A stretch of DNA of 63,308 nt, filler included, from Sphingomonadaceae bacterium (GTDB taxonomy: Bacteria; Chloroflexota; UBA6077): NCBI GenBank assembly GCA_050261575.1. It is 4 parts of 4 records of this genome, joined end to end, with 100 filler letters (N's around TTAATTAATTAA, not from the genome) between each part and the next. Parts side by side here need not be neighbours in the genome. Positions count along the whole stretch, not along the records: positions 1 to 14,594 come from JBLNDL010000044.1; 3 more parts are not named here. The stretch is one strand, 5' to 3'. A program made the position numbers and the translations under genes. How positions within the stretch are numbered: the stretch's first letter is position 1; every line of letters begins with the position of its first letter. The notes under the pieces are model-generated. The model worked only from the letters and a program-made list of their open reading frames with translations, was not told where the DNA came from and did no database searches. Below, in pieces: positions 1 to 8,898 of this stretch.

Positions 1-564
1 TCCTTCGCCTACGGTCGATACCAACTGGACCCTGAGGCTCATCGCGACTCGCTGGAGAGCTACCGGCGAATGGAGGCCGAACTGCCCCTCGCTGTCGCCT
101 TCTTCCCCTCCTCCGAGGGGCGCGAGTTGCCCTTCGTGATGGATGAGGAGATAACCCCCATCTACACGCTGTTCGATCGCGACCGACCCGGGCCAACACT
201 CAAGGTGTTCCGGCTCTGCCCTCCTCCTCGATACGGAGTCGAGTGGCGAGATGTTGATCTCCCCTCGGAGTTGCCGGCCGGGCAGGAAATGGTTGCGGCG
301 GTTACCCTGCAGAACAGGGGAAACCTGGTATGGCCGTCGGAGGGGTACAACCCTGTCAGGGTCGGATACCGGTGGTTGGATGCCGAGGGGCGTGAGGTGA
401 AGGTATCCGATCTTCGGAGCCCCCTCCCCAATCCGGTGGAGCCGGATGGGATCACTGCCCTGGAGGTGGCGGTCGCTGCGCCCGCGACGCCGGGAAGCTA
501 CACGCTTCAACTGGACCTTGTGCAGGAGAACTTCGCCTGGTTCTCCACTCTAAAGCCGAGGTGA
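1..564 (+). CDS. C-terminal part of an ArnT/PMT-like membrane glycosyltransferase with an extra Ig-like domain (5'-truncated by the window edge)
   Basis: Frame is open from base 1 (SFAYGRYQLD...). ELPLAVAF..PFVMDEEITPIYTLFDRDRPGPTLKVFRL matches the C-termini of the ORFs at 691 and 8899. It is followed by an Ig-like pattern, VTLQNRG..W..VRVGYRW..APATPGSYTLQLDLVQE..WFS. Confidence 0.75.
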   Translation, partial: SFAYGRYQLDPEAHRDSLESYRRMEAELPLAVAFFPSSEGRELPFVMDEEITPIYTLFDRDRPGPTLKVFRLCPPPRYGVEWRDVDLPSELPAGQEMVAAVTLQNRGNLVWPSEGYNPVRVGYRWLDAEGREVKVSDLRSPLPNPVEPDGITALEVAVAAPATPGSYTLQLDLVQENFAWFSTLKPR

Positions 565-690
565 AGACGATAGAGGTTGCCATCAGGTAGTTGCGCTTGA
601 CACCGGACGAAGCGGAACGGCAGAATGCCTTTTCGGATGTGGCGCCGCGCTTTCCCCTGACGGCTGCGGTGTGCGGGGTTCCCCGCATCC

Positions 691-2784
691 GTGGACTCGA
701 ACTCCACGAATGGGAGTCTTCCACCTTTGACAGTGTCTCCTCTCGCCTCACCTGACCACGACACCGCCCTGCCGCGAGCGAAGGGGAGGACAGACCGTTG
801 GATCGCCTGGCTTGGCTTCACCTCCATTGCCCTGGCCTTCGCTGCTTTTCTGCGTGTGACCCTGTACGGGCGTGTCGGTCTGATGGACGCGGGACCAAAG
901 GGGCTGCTGCTGCCGGTTGCGGTTCTGGTTTTCCTGATGCTGTGGTTCGCGCTCGCCATGCGGTTACTCGGGAGCGCGAAGACAGGATGGATCGTTGTTA
1001 GCTTCCTCCCGCTACTGGCAACGCTGCCGATCACGGTCGGGGTTATCGGGTCGGAGGCGTTCGCCAGGGAGTACTGGATCGACCGGAGCCTCAAGGTCGA
1101 GCTGCTGATTGGCCTTCCGATGCTGGTGCTAGCGTGCCAGGCGGGTTTCTGGGGGTGGGTGCGGTACCGGTGTAGCTGGCGGAGCACCGGCCCGTTGGTG
1201 GGGGTGCTGGCCCTAGGGCTGGCTTTGCGATGGGCCGGGATGGGCTGGGGGCTCCCCTTCGCATACCAACCCGAGGAGACCAGCATATACTTCCGTCTGG
1301 CCAACGAGGTGGCGTTAGGGGGGAAGTGGAACCCTTACTACTTCCAGAACCCCTCCCTGTTCATCTACCTCTTGGGTGTGGAGTTCATCGGCGTTTACGC
1401 CGTCTGCCGCGCCCTGTTGTTCGGGCAGACCCCCAGCGACCTGTACATGGTTTTTCGGGGAGAGCAGGAACTCTTCTACAGTGTGGGACGGCTGAACAGC
1501 GTGCTTCTGGGAGCCGCCACGGTGTATCTGGTCTACCTGGTGGGTAGGCGGATGTGGGGACGCCGAGTTGGATTGGTGGCCGGGGCGTTGCTGGCCGTCA
1601 ACTTCCTACATGTGCGCAACTCTCAGTACGGTGTGAACGACGTTCCCTCCGCCTTCTTCGTTGTCGCCGCCGTCTATTTCGCCGTTCGGCTCGCAGAGAA
1701 CGGGGCCTGGCGACACTACGCGTTGGCGGGGCTGATGGCGGGGCTGGCGGCCTCCACCAAGTACAACGCAGGCGCGGTGGTGGTGGCGATAGCGGCAGCG
1801 CACCTCGTTCGTTACGCAGGACTGCGGAATTGCTGTGGGGGAGGAGCCCTTGCCAGGTTGGGCTTGTCGGCGGCGACGTCGCTCGTGGGGTTCGTCGTCG
1901 GTACTCCCTATGCCGTCCTCGATTTCGACACATTCCTCGCGGGGTTCGCATCCCAATTCCAGATCGGTCAGTCGGCCTGGTCCGGCCAGGCTCCTGTGCC
2001 GACCGCCTGGCTGTTCTTGACCGGCGCTGCCCACGGAGCGGGCCTCGCGGTCTCCCTGCTGGCTGTTCTCGGTATGGCGATCCTGTTGCTCAGGCATCGG
2101 CGCGATGCTCTCCTGTTGCTATCCTTTCCGCTGGTCTACTTCGCCTTCATGTCTGCGATGGAGCTGTTCTTCGTGCGATGGGTGGTGCCAGTTACCCCCT
2201 TCGTGTCGCTGTTCGCGGCGTTGGGGCTGGATAGGCTGGCCCGGCTGGCGCCGAAGTCCAGGAGGCAACTGGCCGTCTGGCTGTTGCTCGTCGTGGCGAT
2301 GCTGCAGCCCGCTCTGTTCTCCCTGCGCCTGGACTGGCTCGCCCATCAAACGGACACCAGGGAGGAGGCGAACCGCTGGGCGGAGCTGTCGATACCCGAG
2401 GGCAGCAAGGTTGCCATCGAAGCCTTCTCCCTGCTGGACCAGGAGTCGCTCTCCTTCCGCCCCACGCTTCAGCATCGCGAGGTGGAACTGTTCTGGCGGG
2501 CCACCATGCACGACCTGGAGTACTACCGGCAGAACGGCTTCGACTACCTGGCAGTCAGCAGCTTCCTGTACGATAGGGCTTTTGCCGATCCGGACGCCTA
2601 TTCCGATCGGGTGGAGTTCTACCAGCGGCTGGATCGAGAGCTTCCCTTGGTGGCCACCTTCTCGCCCCGGGGTGATGGACAGCCTGTTCCCTTCGACCTG
2701 GACGATCTCGATACCCCTTTCTGGCACCTCTTTGCCTACGATCGCCCTGGGCCAACGATCAAGGTGTATCGGCTGGACGGCTGA
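691..2784 (+). CDS. ArnT/PMT-like (GT-C fold) polytopic glycosyltransferase
   Basis: 697-aa ORF with many hydrophobic segments. Motifs WGLP..YQPEE, NPYYFQNPSL, HVRNSQYGVNDVP, GLAASTKYN, GTPYAVLDF. Start codon uncertain. Confidence 0.8.
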   Translation: MDSNSTNGSLPPLTVSPLASPDHDTALPRAKGRTDRWIAWLGFTSIALAFAAFLRVTLYGRVGLMDAGPKGLLLPVAVLVFLMLWFALAMRLLGSAKTGWIVVSFLPLLATLPITVGVIGSEAFAREYWIDRSLKVELLIGLPMLVLACQAGFWGWVRYRCSWRSTGPLVGVLALGLALRWAGMGWGLPFAYQPEETSIYFRLANEVALGGKWNPYYFQNPSLFIYLLGVEFIGVYAVCRALLFGQTPSDLYMVFRGEQELFYSVGRLNSVLLGAATVYLVYLVGRRMWGRRVGLVAGALLAVNFLHVRNSQYGVNDVPSAFFVVAAVYFAVRLAENGAWRHYALAGLMAGLAASTKYNAGAVVVAIAAAHLVRYAGLRNCCGGGALARLGLSAATSLVGFVVGTPYAVLDFDTFLAGFASQFQIGQSAWSGQAPVPTAWLFLTGAAHGAGLAVSLLAVLGMAILLLRHRRDALLLLSFPLVYFAFMSAMELFFVRWVVPVTPFVSLFAALGLDRLARLAPKSRRQLAVWLLLVVAMLQPALFSLRLDWLAHQTDTREEANRWAELSIPEGSKVAIEAFSLLDQESLSFRPTLQHREVELFWRATMHDLEYYRQNGFDYLAVSSFLYDRAFADPDAYSDRVEFYQRLDRELPLVATFSPRGDGQPVPFDLDDLDTPFWHLFAYDRPGPTIKVYRLDG

Positions 2785-2786
2785 AG

Positions 2787-3890
2787 ATGAGGTTCGCCCC
2801 GGCACCTCTAGCTCTGTTGCTCTCTGCCGCTCTCCCCTTCGTCAGCCAACTGCTCTTCGGTGCAGGGCTGCTCGACGAAGACGTCTTCCTGCAGAGCCTG
2901 CCCGCCTGGAGTTGGCTCTCCCACGCCTTGCGATCGGGCGAAGGATCGGCTGTCCGATTGCTGCCCACCTGGGAGGTGATGCAGCTCTCGACGCTGTCGG
3001 CGGGGCTGCCGCAAGAGGTTGGGGCGAGCGGATCGCAGTCCATACGGTGCTTGCTTGTGGGCTACCTGCTTCCACTCAGCCGGATGGAGTTGCTGCCCTG
3101 GGGATCCCTCGGCCATGCCGGCCCGGCTGTAGTGGTTCTGGTGCTCCTCGGGATGCGAGACCTCGTCACCCGTAACCTCAACAGCTTTCTACTGTGGCCG
3201 GCGATCCTTGGCCAGCTGCTCTCCCTTGGCGATGCCACATCGCTTGGCATCCTCCTGCAATTGCCCCCATTCTCCTGGGAACCGTCGCGCCTTACATTGG
3301 TGTCCATATTCTCCTTGTCCATCCTGGCCGGGATGGTCCTGGCGCTTTTGGCGATCCCCACCGTGTTGCTAATCCTCAACCTGGCGACGTGCTCTCGCGT
3401 TGCCAGGTCGAGTCGACCCTGCTTCTCTCAACGGATGCGGTACTCGTGCCCGCGACTGCGGTGCTGAACCCGGCGATCGACCCTGCGGTGATGGCGAAGG
3501 TGCCAGAGACAACGGGTCTTCTTGCGGCTGGGGGGTGAGTACCGGGTCTCCGGTCACCGGCCGGGTATGCGCCTCCACAACCACATGAGCTGTTTCGGTC
3601 CGACCCGCGAGTCTGCCTTTACCGACGATCTTCGTTATCGTTTTTGGATGGAGATGCTGGCGCCGGTCACCAATCTCAGTTGGGGGATAGCCTCCATCGA
3701 TGGCTACGAGCAGCTCCGCTCGCGACACCACGAGTTGATGCTGCGCTACATCGACAACGAGCGGAGCTACGACTGGGTTGCGTCGCCTCCGATCTACGTC
3801 CTGGAGATCCCCGATCCGCTTCCTAGGTACTAGCTGGTGGGCCAGGCTTCGGAGTTCGACTCCGATGCTGAGCCGCTAGCTGCGGGGCTG
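2787..3890 (+). pseudogene. Decayed YfhO-family gene, paralogue of 53750-56224
   Basis: Segments in changing frames match the 824-aa protein at 53750 in order (GAGLLDEDVFLQSLPAW; RLLPTWEV; LLVGYLLPLSR; LLSLGDAT; VLNPAIDP; FTDDLRYR; DGYEQL; PLPRY*LV). There are large deletions, at least two frameshifts and a TAG at 3831-3833 where the paralogue has Tyr. Confidence 0.85.
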
Positions 3891-4084
3891 ATAGCCTTGG
3901 TTTGGTTGACTCCCGAGCTGCTCTGGCCCCGTTTTCTGAGGGCACCCGGCACCGTCTGGAGTAGTGCCAGACCCTAGGACTGCTTTCGGCCTGGGGACAC
4001 TGCGCAGCCAGACTCTCAGGTTGGCCACCACCGTTGGATGACCGCTGTATCGGACCTTCGGTCGGTCTAAGCGATGTTTCGGTG

Positions 4085-6865
4085 TTACCTCATGCTGCTC
4101 AAGCCATCCCATATCCCTTCCAGGGAGAACGGCTCGAACTCCACCACCTGCTCGCCGGCCAGTCTGTATCGGTAGAGTGGAATCCGCTTGGCAATGACAT
4201 CGCCGGCCCAGAGGGTGAAGTAGGCGGTGTATTCGCCATCGACTGGAGGCCGGGTGCTCGACTGCCGTTCTTCCGGCTTGCCATTGACCGTGGCGTGGTG
4301 CTCTAGGGTGGCGGGGTTGAGGTCGAAGCGGATCTCCTTGATGCGTTCGTCGGGGTTGGTGGGCAGTTCGAACCAGCCAGGATGAGAGTAGCCGTGAGTG
4401 TCGTAGATGTCGAGGCTGTGAGAGACAGGGACCTGCACGTCCAGGTAGGTGAGGTGGGTGGAGATGGTGTTGCCCTCCATGCGGCTGTTGCCCACTGCCA
4501 CCAGCGTCTTCGGGTACTCCTCGTGGATGGATAGGTCCTGGCCGCCGTTCCTCACATGGGCGGCCAGGATCCACGGTTGGCTGGGGTCCTTGGAGGAAAG
4601 GGTGATCTGGTCTCCCAGTTGGACCGGTAGGGAATGGACGGTCACCCCCTTGGCTATCTGGAAGGAGTACACCCCCTGGCTGGTTTCGGTCTGGATGGTG
4701 GAGGTGGCTTCTGCGGCGAAGGTGGCGATCAGGTAGGCAGAAGGGCTGCTTCTGGGGTGAGGGGTGTCGTTTGTGGGGATCTCCACGGTGATAGGGAGGC
4801 GGGCGGGCAGTTGGTCGCTAGAGGTGTTGGGGTGCCGGTAGACATCGACAGCATCTCTTTGCGGGGTGCGGTATGCCTTCATGAGGGAGCCGGCCCAGAT
4901 CTGGTCGGATGGGAGCAGTCCTCTCGCTGCAGCGATCTCGTTGGCTCCCACTATCTCCACTTCGGACGGCTCGTCGCTACGCTGCCTAATTGTCTCTGGA
5001 GCCACGGATAGTTCGGCTATCATCCGTTCGATGGGAAAAGCTCCTTGAAGTCGCTGGTTTCGAAGGGCATAGAGTAGCATCCAGATGGCTTCAGGGTCGG
5101 CAAGGATACTGGGCGATACCTTGGTTAATACCCCCGCTGGCAGCATCTTAGTGAGCTTTGTTGCTTCCCATGTCTTGGGATTCCAGATGTTCCCTACCGG
5201 CTTCCAGAACACGTAGGCACCAAGTGTCAGGTTCGCGGAGAGCATTGTGATCAGAAGGAGACCCAGGATTCCTGTACTCAGCATTGCGAGAACGCGATTA
5301 TATGTGCGGAGTTGGCCAAACCTACTTGTCCAGTGATCCGCCCAGTTCCATAGCGCAGCAAGCCCGATCACGACTGCCGGGGCCAGAAGGAAGGTGATAC
5401 CTGCTTGCGCCTTCGAGTAACCATAGGGGTAACCGGACACTCGCAGATAAGCCAGAAGCGCGAAGCTGCCCAAGAGCAGAGAACGGTACAGTCCCAAGCC
5501 CTTGGTGAATACCAGGCCGACTCCAGCAACGATGATTGCGGCCCAAGTAACTGCTGCCGAGAGGCATTCCAGCAGTTCAGTTCCGAGTGGGCCGAGTTGG
5601 CCCTGCCCGGCTACTATCCCGAATGCTTGGCTGATTAGTGTAGTTCCAAGCATGTCGCTTATGGGACTGAAATCTGAGTTGCTCCATCCCGAGGTTTGCG
5701 GCAAGCCGGTGGTGAGAACAAGCAGCGACAGCTTTAGTTGCTCAGGCAGCGTCAATAGCAGCGTCCCTAGCCCGATTAGCGCTACCCGGGCTACCATCTG
5801 CGGCCGATCATTAGATCTGATCCCGAGGTAGATGACTCCTGGGACCATCAGGAACAACAATAGTGGAGCCCCTTGATAGTAGCTGATCAGCAATGCTGAC
5901 ACGATCAGCGCCGCAGCCAAGAGAGGAGGAGACTCTTGCCCCTCAAGAGCTCTGAGCGTGGCGACGATGGCCATGGGAGTCAAGAACAGACTAACCGCTT
6001 GGCCCGGGTGGCCAAAGAGGACCCAGAAGAACAGAGTGCCATTCAACCCCGTCAATACGGCTACGACAAGGGATGCCTTACAGCTAGCCCGAATCAGGAT
6101 TTGGCAGAACAGAAAGACCGCAGGAAGAGATAGAGAGAGAACGAATGCCTGCGCTGGGCGAAACACAAGAGCGGAGTCCCATCCAAGCACCAGGCCAAGA
6201 GCCGACTCAAGGTATCGTGGACCGCGTTGGAACAGGAAGTTGGCGTCGTCAGCGCGATGTCCGGCGAAAGACAGGTGTGCTTCACGATCATACCAGTCAC
6301 CTATCGGTGGAACGCTTGCGTTCCAAGAGTGGCTGAGCAGAGAGTCGGTGCTGAATGAGAAGAGAGGCGCGGAATGCTCTCTTAGCCATTCTGCCAGAGG
6401 GACGAGCAGATACAGGTCGCCCTGACCTCCAACGTAGGCAAGCGTGCCATTGTGGGCCATGGTGAGGGCGGTGATGGCGTAGCTGGGAAGGGCCAGGGCC
6501 AGCAGGAACAGCCACCATCTGGGGGAGCCTATCCGGAAGCGTAGCCTGCCGCAGAAGACTATCCACAGGTTGATGGCGGTGGCGATGATCAGGGCCAGGG
6601 TGAGGGTGGTTCTGACGGTGGCTCCCAGGGCAACCAGCAGACCGGTGAGTGTTACCAGTAGGGAGAAGCCCAGGTAGGGTGCGACCAACCATCCGAAGGG
6701 TCTGACATCCTTGGGCAGGGTTAGGGCTGTAAGGCCCAAACCCAGGTATGTTAGCAGGACGACGGCCACCAGGTAGAAGAGCAGGGAATCCGCCAGTATG
6801 CCGAGGAAGCCGTCGCCGAAGCTGATATGCCATTGAGAGAGGCATTGCGGCAGCACCATTTGCAC
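4085..6865 (-). CDS. Large polytopic membrane protein, probable GT-C-like glycosyltransferase with a beta-rich extracytoplasmic C-terminus
   Basis: 926-aa ORF; roughly 550 hydrophobic N-terminal residues with an acidic first-loop motif (GGQGDLY), then a soluble domain. Collinear similarity to 11279-14497 (e.g. YPYGYSK vs FPYGYFK). Confidence 0.65.
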   Translation of the reverse strand: MQMVLPQCLSQWHISFGDGFLGILADSLLFYLVAVVLLTYLGLGLTALTLPKDVRPFGWLVAPYLGFSLLVTLTGLLVALGATVRTTLTLALIIATAINLWIVFCGRLRFRIGSPRWWLFLLALALPSYAITALTMAHNGTLAYVGGQGDLYLLVPLAEWLREHSAPLFSFSTDSLLSHSWNASVPPIGDWYDREAHLSFAGHRADDANFLFQRGPRYLESALGLVLGWDSALVFRPAQAFVLSLSLPAVFLFCQILIRASCKASLVVAVLTGLNGTLFFWVLFGHPGQAVSLFLTPMAIVATLRALEGQESPPLLAAALIVSALLISYYQGAPLLLFLMVPGVIYLGIRSNDRPQMVARVALIGLGTLLLTLPEQLKLSLLVLTTGLPQTSGWSNSDFSPISDMLGTTLISQAFGIVAGQGQLGPLGTELLECLSAAVTWAAIIVAGVGLVFTKGLGLYRSLLLGSFALLAYLRVSGYPYGYSKAQAGITFLLAPAVVIGLAALWNWADHWTSRFGQLRTYNRVLAMLSTGILGLLLITMLSANLTLGAYVFWKPVGNIWNPKTWEATKLTKMLPAGVLTKVSPSILADPEAIWMLLYALRNQRLQGAFPIERMIAELSVAPETIRQRSDEPSEVEIVGANEIAAARGLLPSDQIWAGSLMKAYRTPQRDAVDVYRHPNTSSDQLPARLPITVEIPTNDTPHPRSSPSAYLIATFAAEATSTIQTETSQGVYSFQIAKGVTVHSLPVQLGDQITLSSKDPSQPWILAAHVRNGGQDLSIHEEYPKTLVAVGNSRMEGNTISTHLTYLDVQVPVSHSLDIYDTHGYSHPGWFELPTNPDERIKEIRFDLNPATLEHHATVNGKPEERQSSTRPPVDGEYTAYFTLWAGDVIAKRIPLYRYRLAGEQVVEFEPFSLEGIWDGLSSMR

Positions 6866-6869
6866 GTCC

Positions 6870-8864
6870 TTAGGGAGCCCCGGTTGGGTCCTTGGATGCT
6901 AGGGTGTCCCTCTTGGCACGCTCCGTTATCAGGGCGAAGGCGAGAGCAATCAAGGCCACCAGGGCGGAGGCGTAGCCGAACGGTCTGGCGCTGCTCTCAA
7001 AAGCCATGTCCAATGGCTTGAAGAAGGCGAGCGCGTCCTCCGGCCACGCAATGCCGATGGGGTAGGCGACGTTCACCTCTCCGTTCCAACGATAAGTCAT
7101 CGTCGGAAGCCGTAAACGGTGCTCCCTGATAGCCTGCATGGAAAGGTGGGTGTAGGTGGTGAGCACTTGGGTTGCCCCAGTCCCCTCGGGACGATGAGTT
7201 GCCGTGGGGTTGGCCAGTATGTCCCCCTCGCGGACGACGGTTGCCACGAGGAAAAGCAGGAGCGCGTAGCCTGCTATCCTCGAAAGACCTCGACTCGTCA
7301 GGTGGCGGTAGACCACCTGGAAGCTGTAGGCCGAGGCCACCATCAGGAAGGGGATTCCGAAAGATGCGTGGCGGAAGAAGTCCGCGAAGTGGAAGGTGTT
7401 GGGTATCCAGGGATTCGCGAAGAAGATCAAAGCCGTGTTTCCAATCCCCGGCACGACGAAGGCCAGAAGCCGTCGATCCTGGGCGATCATCGCTATGGTG
7501 CCGGCTAGAACCGAAAGCAGGAAGAGACCCAGAAGCGCCACGGCCCACGGGATATCGAGTCCAAGGCCCCTCTGATAGATTCCCAGGGCATCGGTTCGTC
7601 TGAGCAACTCGTAGTTCTCCGCTGCGAACTGCAGCCCCAGGGTGTTGTTGTAGTTCTGAGGCCACAGGAAGCCGAAGTTGGCCCACCAGACCGCCACCAT
7701 CGGCACAACGAAGAGGCCGAGGCTCAGGGAGAACAGGGCAAGTTGCCTCATCCGCGGCCGGCCGGCCACCACCCCTAGGGCCAAACAGCCGGCATAGAGG
7801 ATACCTTCGGGGCGCGCCAGGCTGAGCACCCCACTCGCCAGCCCGGCTACTATCCAGGGCAACGTTCGATGCCGAGCATCCAACGCCCTGAGGTAAAAGA
7901 AGGCCGCAAAGCAGGCACTGGTGAGTAGCACCGGATCGGGATCCGGCAGGTTCAGTACCCAGAAGCGCAGGTATGGGAAGAGCGATGCCAGGCTGGCGAA
8001 GATGACGGCCGTGGTTCTGGATCTGGTTGCCTCCCTGATCAAGAGGTACAGCGATAGGGGAAAGAGGGTATTGAAGATCAGGGACGGAATGTATGCGGCG
8101 AATGAGTCGTGCCCGAAGAGCGTGAAGGCCAGTCGCAACATCAGCGGGAACAGCGGCAGATCGTAGACGTAAGGAGGGCTGCCGGCAGACATGGGCCCGG
8201 GCTCGGTGAGGGTCACCGGGTAGCTGATACCCAGTCCGAAGGAATCGGCCAGCGCCCAGAACCTGAGGAAGGCGTTGCCTATGGGGATGAGGAACACGCT
8301 CGATTGGAGCGCCCCGATCACCAGCAGTGCGATGGGGATCGCAATATCAGCGAATCCCCCTCCGACGCTTCGGCCGGATCTTCTCCCGTCTGGCAGGGAA
8401 AGGGCTGTGATGGAGATCTTCAGTAGAGATACGACCAGGAAAGCGATGACCACGGCAAGGATTGGAAAGGGCTCGATAGGGGAGAGTAGTTGCCATCTCC
8501 ACTCGTCGAGGTTGCGGCCATACTGCAATTGGTGGAGCCCAAACAGGTCGATGGCTAGGAACGGCAGGGTCGATCCCCAGAGTAGAACCCGTGACCGAAG
8601 GGCACGTTCACCAGCCTGCTCCACCAGATCGGAGGCTGCCCACAGCGAGACGAAGAGAAAGGCGAGAGACAGGAAGAAAGCAGTGGTGAACCAGAGGAGT
8701 GGCGAAGGTGATAAAGACAAGGCTCCACGCACCACCCTGACCAACAAGTAAGCGGTGCAACCCGCTTCGAGAATGGATACCGGTACCCAGTACCGAACGA
8801 TTCTCTGTTGTCTGATGGCAGCACGCCAGGCAATCGTCGAGTACCTCAGATCAGTCCTGCTCAT
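6870..8864 (-). CDS. GT-C-like polytopic membrane glycosyltransferase
   Basis: Hydrophobic ORF with YDLPLFPLML, LPDPDPVLL and LARPEG motifs typical of PMT-like proteins. Start moved to ATG 8864 (AGAGGGA upstream), giving 664 aa. Confidence 0.65.
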   Translation of the reverse strand: MSRTDLRYSTIAWRAAIRQQRIVRYWVPVSILEAGCTAYLLVRVVRGALSLSPSPLLWFTTAFFLSLAFLFVSLWAASDLVEQAGERALRSRVLLWGSTLPFLAIDLFGLHQLQYGRNLDEWRWQLLSPIEPFPILAVVIAFLVVSLLKISITALSLPDGRRSGRSVGGGFADIAIPIALLVIGALQSSVFLIPIGNAFLRFWALADSFGLGISYPVTLTEPGPMSAGSPPYVYDLPLFPLMLRLAFTLFGHDSFAAYIPSLIFNTLFPLSLYLLIREATRSRTTAVIFASLASLFPYLRFWVLNLPDPDPVLLTSACFAAFFYLRALDARHRTLPWIVAGLASGVLSLARPEGILYAGCLALGVVAGRPRMRQLALFSLSLGLFVVPMVAVWWANFGFLWPQNYNNTLGLQFAAENYELLRRTDALGIYQRGLGLDIPWAVALLGLFLLSVLAGTIAMIAQDRRLLAFVVPGIGNTALIFFANPWIPNTFHFADFFRHASFGIPFLMVASAYSFQVVYRHLTSRGLSRIAGYALLLFLVATVVREGDILANPTATHRPEGTGATQVLTTYTHLSMQAIREHRLRLPTMTYRWNGEVNVAYPIGIAWPEDALAFFKPLDMAFESSARPFGYASALVALIALAFALITERAKRDTLASKDPTGAP

Positions 8865-8898
8865 TTCCCTCTTTGCGTCCTTCAGCGATGACCACGTC

